64,000 bases of DNA from Chrysomallon squamiferum (taxonomy: Eukaryota; Animalia; Mollusca), in the NCBI GenBank assembly GCA_012295275.1, contig CM022673.1, forward strand, positions 7,688,001-7,752,000, given 5' to 3'. Shown piece after piece: positions 24,837 to 39,679 of the stretch. A program made the translations under genes and the position numbers. The notes under the pieces were generated by a model. That model was not told the origin of the DNA, ran no database searches, and saw only the letters and a list, made by a program, of their open reading frames with translations. Each line of letters opens with the position of its first letter. Positions within the stretch are counted from its first letter, which is position 1.

Positions 24837-26390
24837 TAGTTCCGGCTGGCGATTTTTTTTTTTTCGTACGAACTTTTTTTTCCATTCGCGCATGTGCACT
24901 TGCTCCTTGACATGAATACTGTAATTAACCAGAGCATTGCTTTAAAGATGGACGAACATTTTATCATTGTGCTTCGAAGAAAAAAACCCATCGAAAAAAA
25001 GTTATTTAAGCGGTAGGTATCACAACAGTTCAAGAATCTAATGTGACACATATTTCTGATTATGATTTTGGTCACGATTTTTTAGTTGTATTTTTCCGAA
25101 CAGCAATAAGCATCAGTAGCACGCGTGAATCGAAAGCGCGGTAGAAGTTATGCACAGCAAATCCTGTGTACAGAAATTATAAACAGAAGTCTTAGCGTGT
25201 GATGTGTAGGTTTATCGCCTCGGGCGGATCACTTTACGGTCGTCCGTTTTCTTTAACGTGTGTCCGTTTGGCTAATACTCCGTATTTTATCTTTATAGGG
25301 GAACGATTTGCAAGTGAATTTATTCATGCACTAGGCCTGTGGCTGTATTATTATTGAATAAATTTTAATCAAGCGAACATGTATTTGTCGCACATTGTAA
25401 ACAACAACTTTTAATGGATCACCCTGCAGTGTTTGTCGATTGTGCTCCTAAAAATGTAACACGGTTGAGAAAGGTGATTGTAATACACAAGGAAAACAGT
25501 GTGAAGTACAAAATTCTCTACATGCAAGAAATGTTCCTTATGGGAGTTCACTAACTGTCAGACATTTGAAATGTCATAAGGACAACAGGTGAACGAAAGA
25601 ATCGGGGACATTTTTACTGGGCTATCCTGTAGTATGACGGACACACTGTACCAATAGGTGGCGCCATAACATGAATTATGGTATAAAGTTAATTTTACTG
25701 TAAGGTTTTATAATCCAAGATGAACTTACCGCCATCTATTCGCACTAGTTTCCGTACTACAGATTCGCCCAGGAAAACCTGAGTCCCATCTGTTCAATGC
25801 CATTCTAGCCATTTTTTCAATGATCCCTCTAACGATCACGGCAAAGAATGGCCCAGTAGATTTATCCCCATAATACCCCCCTACCAAAACTTGGTGGTAG
25901 ATGAGAATCTTCAATACTAGTATGGTGTAATTCTATTTTAAGATTTAAAAAAGTAAAAATATTTAATAGTTTTTAGGTTTGTATGTTTGTAGATTGTGCT
26001 CCTAAAAAGATTTGGAATTTTTATTTTTTCAAAACTTGGAGATATGAAATACTTGTGTTGTGAGTTTTATTAATCTCAACATACTAACAGTTCAGCAAGA
26101 GAAACTGATTAAAATAACCAAAATGTATACTTAGATTCTTACCGACTCAGACTAAAACTGCTATCTAATCCTCTCGCCTAACCTCGGTTTGAATACATTT
26201 TACTCAAGCGAACATGTATTTGTGGTACGTTGTAAACAACTGACTACATTATGCTAAGTAGATACACAAGAAGGCATCTGCGCATACGCCATGATCTGGT
26301 TAATTACAATATTCATGACTTGCAAGTGCGCATGCGCCAAATTGGCAAAACCATTCGTACGAAAAAAGAAAATATCGCGGCCGATTCTAA
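24837..26390. mobile_element. Non-autonomous DNA transposon-like element with ~100 bp imperfect terminal inverted repeats
   Basis: 24837-24940 (gcgattttt..ttcgtacgaa..gcgcatgtgcacttgc..catgaatactgtaattaaccaga) is the reverse complement of 26288-26390 (tctggttaattacaatattcatg..gcaagtgcgcatgcgc..ttcgtacgaaaaaa..atcgc). No transposase ORF inside. Confidence 0.7.
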
Positions 26391-26645
26391 TCACCATAGC
26401 TACTACAAGTGTTACTGCAACTAAACTAATACTGCTACTACTACTACTACTACTAATAATAATAATATGTAGATTTTTATTAAGACAAAAGTCTCTGTGA
26501 CAGAAAGATAAAGGGCAGAGTCAAACGATGATGAAAGGAATAATAAAGTACTGATATTTCTGCATACTTTACGAAATTAGAAAATGGTCTATTCAAAGTT
26601 TATTTTAAGAATTTTGTAAAATATTGCAAAAATAATATTTTTTTA

Positions 26646-26677
<32 letters not shown>

Positions 26678-28814
26678 TTTGAATCAATAGAGTAGTTTTG
26701 ATAATAATAGTAGCAACAATAGTATTAATAGTAATGGTAGAAATGAAAAAAAAAAATCGGCCCAAACTAACGGCTATAAAATTAAAAATACTAACGGCAG
26801 CTAGGTTTGTTCTGAAATAGCGAATTCCCAACTCATAATGTTACATTAAATTACAATATATTTAAAATCCGAATGAGATCATATATCAGTTTATTTTATT
26901 AGGGGAATTTCTTATAAAATATGTAACTGAAATTCAAAAAACAAAGCGAAACAGAGAAATATGTAAAAATAACAACCAAATGTTGGGAAATATTCGTAAA
27001 ATACAAAAATGGTTGATAATTCCCGATCCAAGATGGCCCAGGAACGACAACTCTGTGTGGTCGTCTGCTGAAGAAATCAAAATTATAGAAAAATTATATA
27101 TTCGAGAATGACTATTCGTAATCAGGAATGATCACACTTTCATATATCAGCTGACACAAAGAGATCACATTATTGAATATATCCTGCAAAATTTGATAAC
27201 GATATCTCTTGAAATACTCAACCTTTTAATGCAAACTTCTCAGATTTTGCTATGTATTTCATTAACACCGTTATTTATTTAAAAACAGCGTGACAGTGGC
27301 TGGAATTGGAAACAGTCTAAGTAAAGCAACAAGATATCAGATCAGTATACCGTTGTACTACTACTACTAATACAACTAACACTAATACTACTACTAATAA
27401 TAATAGTAATCGTAATCATAATAATGATGATGACCATGCAATCAGTTAATAAAAAAAAAAAAATTAAATATAATCAAACCGTTTAATAATACAAACACAA
27501 ATTCTTATTTGAAAAAATTCAAAATTTTGGATATTTCACAATTATTAGTATTCACTTGAAAATGTTGGGGTGATTTAAAATCAAGCTTTCACCCAATCAT
27601 TTATTGTCGTAGACTCGTTTTCGAGGTAGCAATCTTTGAACCAATGGAATAAAAGAAGAATCAATATTAATTAAGCTATAATATTACTTAGTCGTCTATG
27701 TCGCCAGCTGATAGACATTTAAGCTTATGAACATGTTTACTTGGCACGTGTCCGATTCGCCTTGGTAAGTAATTACACTAGAGATATGATCATACTTTAG
27801 ATTTTTAATGTATGATCCGACTGATGTTAAGGCTATTAAGTTTTTGAAAGCTATAAATAATTGCTGTAAAATTTCGAACAATTAATTTAAAGAATTTCCT
27901 AGAGTACTTCATGATTATACTTCAGATCCTTAAGATATAGTCCGATTGACGTTAAAGGCTATGTAGCTGATGTTAAGAATTCTGAACAGTTAATTTAAAG
28001 AAATTAAAAATTAATTGAAATAACTAAACACAACAAATTACAGATTAAAAAGAAAACAAAATGTATTTTTAAATATTATTTAGTTTTAGATCATTATTTT
28101 TTTTTTTTTAGAATATTACATACTTATATAATTATTCTAGAGACAAAAGATCGGAATATAGCAGTGCTAGAAGGACGGTTAGCAGAAGTAATGGAAATCA
28201 GTGTCAAAACTGACTATAAATTAAAACTTACTCTGTGAATTTCATTATTCTCTGTTAATACTTAAATAGGGCTGCTAAAATATTCTGTATCTTAAGGAAT
28301 CATAAACTCTAAAGCAGTCCTGGTTATATTGTATAATAGTCATTGTCGTGGTTGTAGTCGTAAATACGAGAATACGAAATCCGAGTAAAAAATGTATATG
28401 AATTATAATATTTTTAAGAACATGATTATTTTTGTTAGCATACAATCGTGACCTCGCTTTATAGTTTTAATAATTCAGTTATTCCTGCAAAGATCATGTA
28501 ATTCTCTAAATGAAAATTCAATATTTTAAAATGTAGTGAAAGTAACTGGAACGTTTCCCACGAGATCAGAAAATAATTGCCACGACATTTGTATTTAATT
28601 CAGATTAACTGACGAATATCAAAGGTCATTTAACTCTGTACGTAACACTGCTGATCATAACATTACTGATTTTGAAGTTTATATAATCTGTTTCCAATTA
28701 CCTTCAAGCTATCAAAAGAAAGTTCAAATTGTTATTCCTAATTAATCTTGTTCAGGTTTAATATGATATGTTACCTTATTTGTAGAAAAAGCGAAAATCA
28801 GAGACACTTTTACA

Positions 28815-29828
28815 ATGAACAACACGTCGATTGACTGTGACGTCATTTTGGCGAAATTCCCGCCACCTCCGCCGCCTGTGTTACCAATTGTGAAATCTTT
28901 GTACTGTTTGCTTATTTTGATTTTTTCGCTGATAACGCTTATAGGAAATATTCTGGTAATTACTGCTGTGGCAATTTTTAAATCTCTGCAGAAACGTATT
29001 TATGCATTCGTCGTATCTGTTGCTTGTGCAGACATTGGCGTTGCCGCTATTGTGATGCCTTTTCGACTGTATGAAGAATGGAATGGAGCGTGGTACCTTG
29101 GAAATTGGTGGTGTTTGACGGTAAACATGTTGGACGGAATATTTTGCTCTGTATCTATGGGTACTTTGTGCTGTTTAGCAGTTGAGAGATATCTGGCCGT
29201 CTGTAAACCATTTCTGTACGCTAAACTGACACCATTAGTAACCATTCTTGTCATACTTGCATGTTGGAGTTTTACTGGCGTTCTTTGGTGTGTTTTAATA
29301 TTCAAGGAATACAACATCATTGGATTAGAGGATCTTGTGTTTTGTGTATCGCCAGGAGCTTGTCCTCTCGTTTTAAATGTTATTTCTGCAGTCGGCCTCA
29401 GCTTCTTGACGTTCTGGACGCCGTCTGTGGTGATGCTGTTTTGTTACTGGAAGATACTTGCCACAGCAAATAGACATCGTCGTGCCATACGAGAAACCAT
29501 GATTTCGGACGAAGAGAAAAGGGCACACAATTCTTTCAGTAAGAAGACGAAGGCAGCAAAGACTTTGGGAATTGTGATTGGATGTTATTTTCTGTGTTGG
29601 CTACCATTTTTCGTTGTGCTTGTTGGTGATGTGGTAGAGAATTACCAGTGGCCCGTGCGTCTAAAAATAGTTGTAATGTGGCTTGGATATCTGAACTCCA
29701 TGATGAACCCCTGTTTGTATTATATTTTTAGCGCAGAATTTAAAAAAGCTTTTAAAGTTATTTTACACTGTAAAGGTAACGTAGTTCAAGACACGTCGGT
29801 CTTTACTACAAATGTCGGCGACAGTTAG
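28815..29828 (+). CDS. Class A biogenic-amine / trace-amine-receptor-like GPCR, copy B (337 aa, intronless CDS)
   Basis: Same motifs as copy A; 29 amino-acid differences by manual count (~91% identical). Confidence 0.93.
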   Translation: MNNTSIDCDVILAKFPPPPPPVLPIVKSLYCLLILIFSLITLIGNILVITAVAIFKSLQKRIYAFVVSVACADIGVAAIVMPFRLYEEWNGAWYLGNWWCLTVNMLDGIFCSVSMGTLCCLAVERYLAVCKPFLYAKLTPLVTILVILACWSFTGVLWCVLIFKEYNIIGLEDLVFCVSPGACPLVLNVISAVGLSFLTFWTPSVVMLFCYWKILATANRHRRAIRETMISDEEKRAHNSFSKKTKAAKTLGIVIGCYFLCWLPFFVVLVGDVVENYQWPVRLKIVVMWLGYLNSMMNPCLYYIFSAEFKKAFKVILHCKGNVVQDTSVFTTNVGDS

Positions 29829-30191
29829 ACAATTAAATTATCAGATCGTTTTGGTATAACTTTTGTTTCTTCTTCACTGTTGGATTTCAGAATTGTTTGT
29901 TTGTTATAGAATAATGATGATGGTGATGGTGAAAAAGTCAAGAACAAGAAACTGGTGAAGATCTTTTGAATTAGTGATTGTGAAATCTGCAGTAACTTTT
30001 TTTTTCTTAAGTTCAAATAATAATTGTTAGTAAATTAACAATTTTTTTTTTTTTTTTTTTTTTATTGTTTGTCAAGGCTGAGAAAAAAAAAAGGAAACCA
30101 GAAGAAAACATAAATACATACATACATACATACTTACGTACTCACTTATGTAGCTACATATATACAGACATGTATGTATATAGTACACACA

Positions 30192-30222
<31 letters not shown>

Positions 30223-31134
30223 TACATCGATACATTGCAGGTATAATACGTATACACATTTGAATATAATGATATGTGCACAACGGTGGATTCTAAAGTT
30301 ATCAGTAAATGAGAACACGTCTATCAGTCAGTATGAGCACTATTGTCAAAATGCTGAAAGACTTTTCTATTCATATCGGCATTTTGTTATCTACGTTCTT
30401 CTGAACGTTCCGTCAAAATTTTTCCAGTTTACAATCACGGGTTATGCAACCACAGACCGTAACTGACGACCCTCTTCCGTAGGGAACTTTCTTCGCAACG
30501 TTGAGCCCGTTACAGGCAACGCGGCAACGAGTTCAGTCGTCACAGCAGGAAGTGACTGTACCGTTATTCAAGTGTTTACGTCCCCGGCAGCTCTTACAGC
30601 ATACAACTGCAGATGCCGCTGGCTGTGGTGATGGGGATGCTGTGAACATCTGACTGATTTAAATAAATAAAAAATAATAAAATAATAACAAAAAAAAAAA
30701 AATTAAAAGAAAAAAAGAAGAAGAAGAAGAAGAAAGAAAGTAAAAGAAATAAAAAAGCAACAAACAGAACTAAAGGGAAACAGACAAATAAAACGATTTT
30801 TTTTTTTTTTTTTTTTTTTTAAAGATTATTGTTCGTTTTCAAATTACCATTAAAAGCTTACTGTCAGTATTACTGATGACAGTATGATTAATGTTCGATT
30901 GTCTGCCAGTGAATCTGCATATTTCGTTTAACATCTAATGATTACTAAGTTAAGGTTTTTTTTGAGACTTCTTTAATGTCAGACAAGATAATTTAAAAAT
31001 AGGTTTTTGTTTCTTAATCGTTTTCTTTTTGTTTTCTTTCTTTCTTTCTTTCTTTTATTTATTTATCATCATCATCATCATCATCATCATCATTATTATT
31101 ATTATTGTTGTTGTTGTTGTTGTTGTTGTTCTTA

Positions 31135-31197
<63 letters not shown>

Positions 31198-32712
31198 TGC
31201 TATTTCGAAATTACATCATCGTATTTATAGCACACCTATTAGTGAAATGTAATTGGACCAAAATATATTATTTCACAATTTAACTAGAATCTGCATTTGA
31301 ACGGATAACTTTATTTTTATTATTTCTTTTTAAATTTCCATTTATTTGTCTTCATAATCTAAGAAATTTTTAAGAAAAATAATCAAAATAACGACATCAC
31401 GTTTTGTGTCATGAACACAGCGTTAATGACGGGAGCGTCAAAACAGTGGTCACCATTTCTTTCAAGACGAAAGGAACAGCAGTTTAATTATAAAGAAAAC
31501 AAAAGGATGGGACGGCGTGCAATGCTGGTTGGTGGTAGGTATTAAAAACCAGTACATAATATTATAAAGGAACATTTCACGGCGATTGGCGATTGGCTTG
31601 AGACATTAATATTAATTACATAGTTCTATGGCTGAGGCGAAGGTTCTAGAGCATGTCATCAAAGATGATATCAATTCTTCACAATTTTTTTTATAAAATA
31701 AATGTTTAAAAAATAAAATAAACAAACAAACAAACAAACAAACAAACAAACAAACAAACAAACAAACAAACAAATAAATAAATAAATAGAAATTAATTTT
31801 TTCCCTTTCTGTCCTTGTCGGATAATTATTATTAGAGAAACCAGACGCATGTCTGTCTGTTTCCGTTTATGTTAGTTCATATTTTAGTTTATTTTATTTG
31901 TTTGTTTTTTTTCTCAAAAAGTTGTGATAACTGTTCTGAAGTAATAAAAACAATGAATAATCAAAAAAAGTTTTTATTTCACAATATGAGTTACAAAAAG
32001 GAAGAGAACATTTCGTATTTATTATTATTGTTATAAATTAAAATTTTATCTTTTTTGAATTTTCAGAAAGTATCTCAAATACATTACATTTTTTTCCCCC
32101 TCTCCTGATTTTCTTTCTTTCTTTCTTTCTTTATTTGTTATTTGCTGGTTTTTGAAATAAGATTTTTTTCCCCCCATGACACATAACTAATTATAAATAA
32201 CTAACTAGGTAAATAAAACTCTCTATCTGTTGTCTGTCTATCGAAGTACACACACATACACACGCACAGGCTTACATACATAAATAAATACATACATGCA
32301 AATATACATATAAATATATATATATATATACGTACACACACCCACACCCACACATACACTCACACATTATTAATATACATACATTGTGAATAAATAATAG
32401 AAAAATAGGTTTAATCTCCAGAGGAAACATAAAATGCAGAACCTGATATTAACCTTTAATTATATTTTATTCATTAATCTGAATCAGTAATTAACCTGTA
32501 AATATAAATAATGGACTGAGTGTGCTACAAATTTATATCTTCCGATGGTTTATTAATGAATAATAATGGTACATTATGAAATCATATTTCAGCTTGTAAC
32601 TGAAAATATTAAAATCTGTTTACAGGATTATAGGACTTTGTGACGGATGCTGATATTAGTTTAAAAATATTTAATTCCAAAGTTGTTTACTTTACAAACG
32701 AAATTATAGAAG

Positions 32713-32752
<40 letters not shown>

Positions 32753-34193
32753 TTGGGTTTTCACAAAAGTTGACATTTTACATTTCACGATTCATGTTAT
32801 TTTTTCTTTTACATTCACACTGAATATGTTCACTAGTTCTAATAGAATTTTCTTTGTAACAAAAGAGCATGTTATGACTTGATTCACATATACGTCGTGA
32901 CACAAAGATGTAAGGTGACTGATACTTCGTTCATTCTCACGTTCGCGAGTGAATCTTGAATAATGACACATGATAAGTTAACTTCCACGGAAACTCAGGC
33001 TTAGAAATGTATCATGAATAACAAAAAAACAACAACAACAACAACGAAAAAAACAACAAAAAAATCCTCACAAAAATAAACAACAAAAAACAAACAAAAA
33101 AGCAAAGATATCTTTATTAAATTTTCACAATGGCTTGGGAAACATTATCTCGAAATTCTTGTTCGTGGCAAACTGTTAAATATTTTAATACTTATTACTA
33201 ACGCCTTTATTAGCTCATGACAATGGATCGTCGATTACAACACTACTTCGTTTGATTTTAATCAACGAACCTAAATTCTATTCACTAGTGCGATGTTTTT
33301 GTCCTCTTTAATATTAATAGGGTTTGCGATACAACACTAACACGATCATCATCAGCAGCAACAACAACAACAATAACAGCAGCATCATGACGACGACAAC
33401 AGCAACAACAACAAAAATAATAGCAGCATCATGACGACCGACGACGACGACAACAACAACAACAAAAATAATAAGAACAAGAAAAATAATAAGTAGAAGA
33501 AAAGAAAAAGAATTTCTTTCCTGTTCGGAACGGAGGAGCAAGTCAGATGCGTACCCATTTGGCTCATTTTTGTTACTTTAACAATATTTTCTTCATGCCC
33601 TTCACATGTTCACGACCGCACACGTTCATGTGGTGAACGTGACTCGGTACACGATATCTAGAAATTCATATAATTTACATTACGTACATTGTCTTGCTTT
33701 TTTTTCTTTTTTCTTTCATTTAATATATATTCATTTAACTGTAGTTCATATTGTTCGTTAGTAAGTTTTAAAAAGGTTTTTAAAAAGAAAGATGAAGAAA
33801 AGAATGAATCATGTACTAATAGCGATAAAAAAAAAAAATAATAATTAAAATCCGATTACGCAGTGTAATATTGTACGGTTATGTACTGACTGCCTTCTTA
33901 CTACAATAATGGCGCGCAAATCCATCATCCTTTCAGCATGAAGTTTTGTTTGATTATCGATAATCAAATTTAACAGCTTTCAGTATTATTTAATTGTCAT
34001 ATTTTAGGTTGTTATTGTTCGTTACATATGTATGTGTATATGCATGTATAGCAATTTAAATTATTTATATTTTAGACTGTTTGTTTCCTTGTTTCCTTCA
34101 TCAATAATAAAGACGAATTAATTAACTATATACAGACTAAGAAAACTGAGTAGATAGAAAGAGACTTAGGCAGATTCTGACAGATAGAAACAC

Positions 34194-34302
<109 letters not shown>

Positions 34303-35915
34303 ATTGTTGCTATTGTTGCTATTATTTATTTATTTTAATTTATTTTATTTTATTTATTTATTATTTATTTATTACTTAGATGATGCCAGATTAGAAAAAA
34401 AATTTACAAATTTGTGCAACAATATTTTATCCAGTAGCTCTGCTTCTTCAGGACATAAGCATTTAATGAAGGATTCTGTACCAAATTTATTTCTTGAAGA
34501 GCGTTAACTGAGAGGTGAGCACCGGATGCACTTTCCTTGACGTTTCCTTACTTTTTGTTTCCTTCTGACAGTTTGAAGTCTTCTTTACTGTTGATTTAAG
34601 AATTCTGAAGTGAACGGTATAAACAAAGCACAAGTAAAAAGTTTTCATTTTGAATGGCTATGATGACCTTTCGAAATGACGTAATATGCGGGTCTACAGC
34701 TTAAACAGAAATTCCATTTCTTCCATTTTCTGCAAGAGATAGTTATCTTGAAGCCACCTGATGTCATTCTTCTCATTAACATCGTAGTACACATGACTGA
34801 GGACATCAGTGAAAGAAATTACTTTAATCTTCAAAAATAGCTTCTACTGCTTTTTCATGTACTTCCCACCTAAATCGACTATCCTCTGGCGCAGAACAGC
34901 TGTGACGTATGTCTAGATAACTCTGGTTTTCCGCCAGGGATAGATCTTCATCCTACTGGGTGTGGAAAGAGTCAGTGACTCCCACGTTTTGCCATAGCTG
35001 AGGAGAGATAAAGTGTTCACAGTTAGTTTAAGAAACAATTTATTTGTGTAAATGAAAACCGATTTTGAAATCGTCTTTTAAAATGATTTAAATCAGCAAC
35101 TGAACACTAAAAAAGTAAAATGTGTCTGTGTGTTAATAACAAGTAATTTATCGAAATAAATACAATTCTGTCCCAAAAAGCTATATTTTTATCTAGTCGT
35201 TTTATGTTGCCACTATTCATAGTTACTGCAAAAGCATGTATGTTTACTACGTGTATGTAATATATTTAAATTTCACTTTTCTTATTCTATTAAATTTTAA
35301 CCCCAGTGTATTGGGCACACAGTTTAATGACTGGAAGTTAACTGTTAACTCACTGTTAAAAAATGCGTATACATTTATAAAAGACATACAGTATTGTCAA
35401 ATAACCGTCTGTTAACCGACTGTCCTACGATCGTTTAGGCCAGTGGCTATAACGGTCAGTTGTACAATACACTTTTTACGCTGAGATGATCACTCCCGTG
35501 TGTCGAGCTCAAAAGCTGTCAAGTGTTATCGGCTGACCTTCACGTCACGACTGAGGTCGATTCAAACATGTCCGAAGATTTCCGAGTCGCTGAAATGCAG
35601 TAGGGGTCTTTCGTTTCTTATTGTAGCATGTGTTTATGTACGACTACATGGTACTTTTTATGGCACCAGCGAACTCGAAATGACCGATCTAAAAGAATGT
35701 AAAGCCAAATTGTTGTTGAATAATATACTAGCCGGAATTGTTGCCAACCCTACGGTTGGAAAATATTAGCCAAAGAAACGATATAGATTTATCTCTGGTC
35801 GGAGAAACAACGACTATAAAATAATACTGTTACAAAGCATCTGAGCACGTCTAAAATCGCAAAGTATTTTTTATTATTATTATTATTAGTAGTAGTAGTA
35901 GTAGTAGTAGTAGTA

Positions 35916-35947
<32 letters not shown>

Positions 35948-38172
35948 TTTAGTTCAGAGTTAGATAGATGGCATGGATGTATGGATGGGTGTCTGAGTGT
36001 GTCAATTAACGGAAAGATAGACTGATAGATGAATCGATAGATAGATACATGACAGACGAATGGATCGATGGGTTTTTCTATACAGATGCAAATATTGTCT
36101 TATCTTTCTGTCATAATGAAATAACGTGAATTCAGAAGAAGAAAAGAACAATAACACAGAAACATGTGTTAACAAATCGATATTCCCTGCTAACTGAACT
36201 CTCTGTAAAGGACAATAGCTTTCGTGGTCTTGTACAATTAATTTCAATAGCCGAAGGGAAGTTAATGACTCTTCACTTTAGGATAATTACGTATATGGCG
36301 CACCTGTTGTTTGGCAAATGTTTCTCAGGCTTAGTACGTAAATATCTATAAACTGTTTATCACGAGCTCCGCTGTTATACTTTTTGGATAAAAGTGAACT
36401 ATCGTCGTTTGTGGTTCTTAACGAACTGTTAGACTGGGGATTTCCGGGGGTTTGTGATGAAAAACCACTTTATTTGGTGTGGTGCGTGATCAATAATTTA
36501 CTTATTTTCTGACAATGAAAGGTTTGATTACCATGCCATTGGGTGTATACAAATTATCAATTTATTGGTTTAAAGTGGTCTTTTAATGAGAAAAGGCGTT
36601 TAAAAGATTGCGTGCTACTGTCATTAAATAATGGCAGGATTCCTCTGAAAAGTACAACAAAAATTATGAATTGTCTTATATTTTCCTCTATATATTAATG
36701 TTTTGTGTAATAAGAATATATTGTCATTCAAAAGGAAAACATTAAATGTTTCCTCTTAATCTCTTGAATCTCCTAATCCGTCATAAATACCATGTCATTT
36801 GACTTGAAATAAAAATATTCGTTAATAACAAAAGTAAAACCTAATATTATATAAAGGATTATATGAAGGCAAGGCATCAATATTACCTAGTCCAATTGAT
36901 ATATACATATATATATAGACACACACACACAGACACACTCTTACACAAATAAATACACGTGTGTGTGTGTGTGTTATATTAGTATTATTTTTGTGTTGTT
37001 GTTGAAGAATTACGAGCATATATTCCTGATCTAAATAATTAAAAAAAATGTTTACAGCAATTTTTAGAGTTTTATAGAATTCAGTTTTATCAGTTGTGGT
37101 TATTCTTGTCTTTGTTCTACTTAATATCATATTCAACCACAGCTCTGCAAAAACTGTGACCATTATATTTCAACATAATCTCAAAACTACCATTTACGGA
37201 GATATCAAGGTTATTCTCTAAGCACTAAATATTGTACTTATATCTGTAACCTACTATTCAGCACGTCATGACGTAGATAACTATGATATCTCACAGCGGA
37301 CTTAAATGAATTCACCACGGTTGACCAACGTCAAATTTCATGTATAATCGAAAACTGTAGACAGAAACGAGACAAAGAAGCAGACAGTTTTATAAATAGA
37401 TATAGATCATAGCAAAATAAATGTCTTCCTTATGTAACGAGTTCTTTTATTTTATTTCTGGATGTTATCTGATTATATCTGTCATCAATAAGAAATGAAA
37501 TATAATTGAAAAACCAGACCAGTGAACAATGATTATCGACAGTGTAATAGAAAACCCTGCTGTCTGTTATTAACTAAAAGTTGAAATAGTTACAGTTACG
37601 AAAATAAATCTTGAAAATCTTGAAAATCTTTATTATTATTTTTTTGTTGTTGTTGTTGTTGTTTTTCTTGGTACGGGAACAGACCATTTAATATTAGCAA
37701 GAGTGGATGTCATGCAAAGAGAATTTAAATCTTCAGATTATGGTTATATTGAATATGTCTATCAATAATTAACAATATAAAGCAACAAATAAGATAATTC
37801 AAACGTAACGACTAAATAAAATGTTTCTTAACACAGCCAAATTCATATTAATTAAGCTTTTTTTAATTTTTATTTTGCATTGCTTTTTTTTTTTATTATT
37901 ATTATTTATTTTTTTGTAATGTTGTTTGTTATTATGAATTTTTTCTTTCGTGCTTTTGCGAAAACTAATAAAAGAGTCGTGAACTCTATGTAATTTACAC
38001 TTGTGATATAATTATAAGAATGTATTGCCAAGGTAAACAGACTGTTAATACATTTGATGTATTCGTTTGGACATTATTTCATTTACTCATTCACTTTTGT
38101 CTGATCTGATTTTAAGTGTGAGGTTTCGAAATGAATAAATTAGGTGTTGTTAACATTTCTGTAAACAATATA

Positions 38173-38206
<34 letters not shown>

Positions 38207-38296
38207 TTTATATTATATTTGGGTTTTTTTTTGTTTATATTCTAATAAATCTTGTTTTCGGTCGTTCAGTTTATTTATTTATTTTTATTTTTTTAT

Positions 38297-38345
<49 letters not shown>

Positions 38346-39540
38346 TTTATTTTATAGCTGTCGAAAATTAGATTTTTAGGTTTTTTTTGTTTTTTTTTTT
38401 TTTTTTTCTTTGCTGGATATTATTTCGACTGGACATTACTGCCTTTGCCATTTCCACAGATCAATGTGTTGTTGACTTACATTTCGATTTATATTACAAC
38501 GAATAGCGAAATACTTTTTTGTACTTAAAATAATTTGTGTGCACTCTGTATCGGTTATAAAGTATGTTCTGTGTGCAAACTAATTCACGTTAAGTTATGT
38601 ATATAAAGTATTAACGTTACAGTTCTTTCAGTGAAAAGATAATCCGGAATTAGGTAATTCATGGAAACAATTACGCATAATTAGAGGTCGACGTTGAATT
38701 TATTTTTTCTTCTCTTTGCCATCGACAGTATACAGTATTTAAGTCTCCAGACACCGTCCAGAAACTAGCTCAGTACTTTTTAATGTATCAAGTTCAAAAA
38801 TATTAGTGCTTTATCTTTGCTTTCGTTTTAGTGATTGGATAATGATTAACGATATTAATTCGTTGTTTTTTCTTCAGAGAACGTAGCTTAAGTGATAAGA
38901 ACAAAAATCGATTTTACACCATTTAGTCATGTATCTTTATACTTTTTATTAATTTATTTATGTTATTATCATTATTTTTGTCTGACGTTTTAATTTCATA
39001 TAATCATTTAACTTAATTTCTTTCTTATCATGTTTGTTTTTAAGTATTTTGTTTTAGTATCACTACCTGTTTATTTTATTTATTTATTATTATTTATTAT
39101 TATTATTATATTATTATAATTATTATTATTAATTCTCTTTTAAATATTTTCTTCTTTAAATAATAAAAAAAATAATTAATAATTATTAAAACTGTGTATG
39201 TGTGTGTGTGTGTAAATGTATGTATGTATAATTTTTCTCTCTTTATTTTTTCTTCTTCTACTTTGGTTACTAAACTTAAAATCTTTAACATGCCATTTTT
39301 AATTTCTGAACTAACAGTAGAAAAAAAAAAAAAACACTGAATAAACCCTTTCCTAATAAAGTTTGACCTAACTAAAGATTACCTTTGAATATTAACGGAC
39401 ATTAAGAGGATGAAAGCCATGGGAACTAATTTAATTTTATAACAATCATAATAATTTTTATTTTTATTTCTTCTAGTACCACATCATTATTAATACATAA
39501 ACTAAGCAGTGTTCGAAGTCTCCTCTCGACTTTGATGACG

Positions 39541-39592
<52 letters not shown>

Positions 39593-39679
39593 AATAATAA
39601 TAATAATAATAATAATGTTTTATAATAATATTATAAAACTCATTGCAATTTTAATATCTGTCTGCCTTTTCGAAAGTTA

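Noticed and set aside
31007-31283. Homopolymeric-residue ORFs (also 33314-33567, 44649-44986, 46276-46698, 57659-57850, 62527-62805)
   Set aside because: Translations of di- and trinucleotide microsatellites.
33555-33657. In-frame TGA (S-*-T-C) as selenocysteine in the putative minus-strand exon
   Set aside because: No selenoprotein homology and no SECIS identified; the exon itself is unproven.
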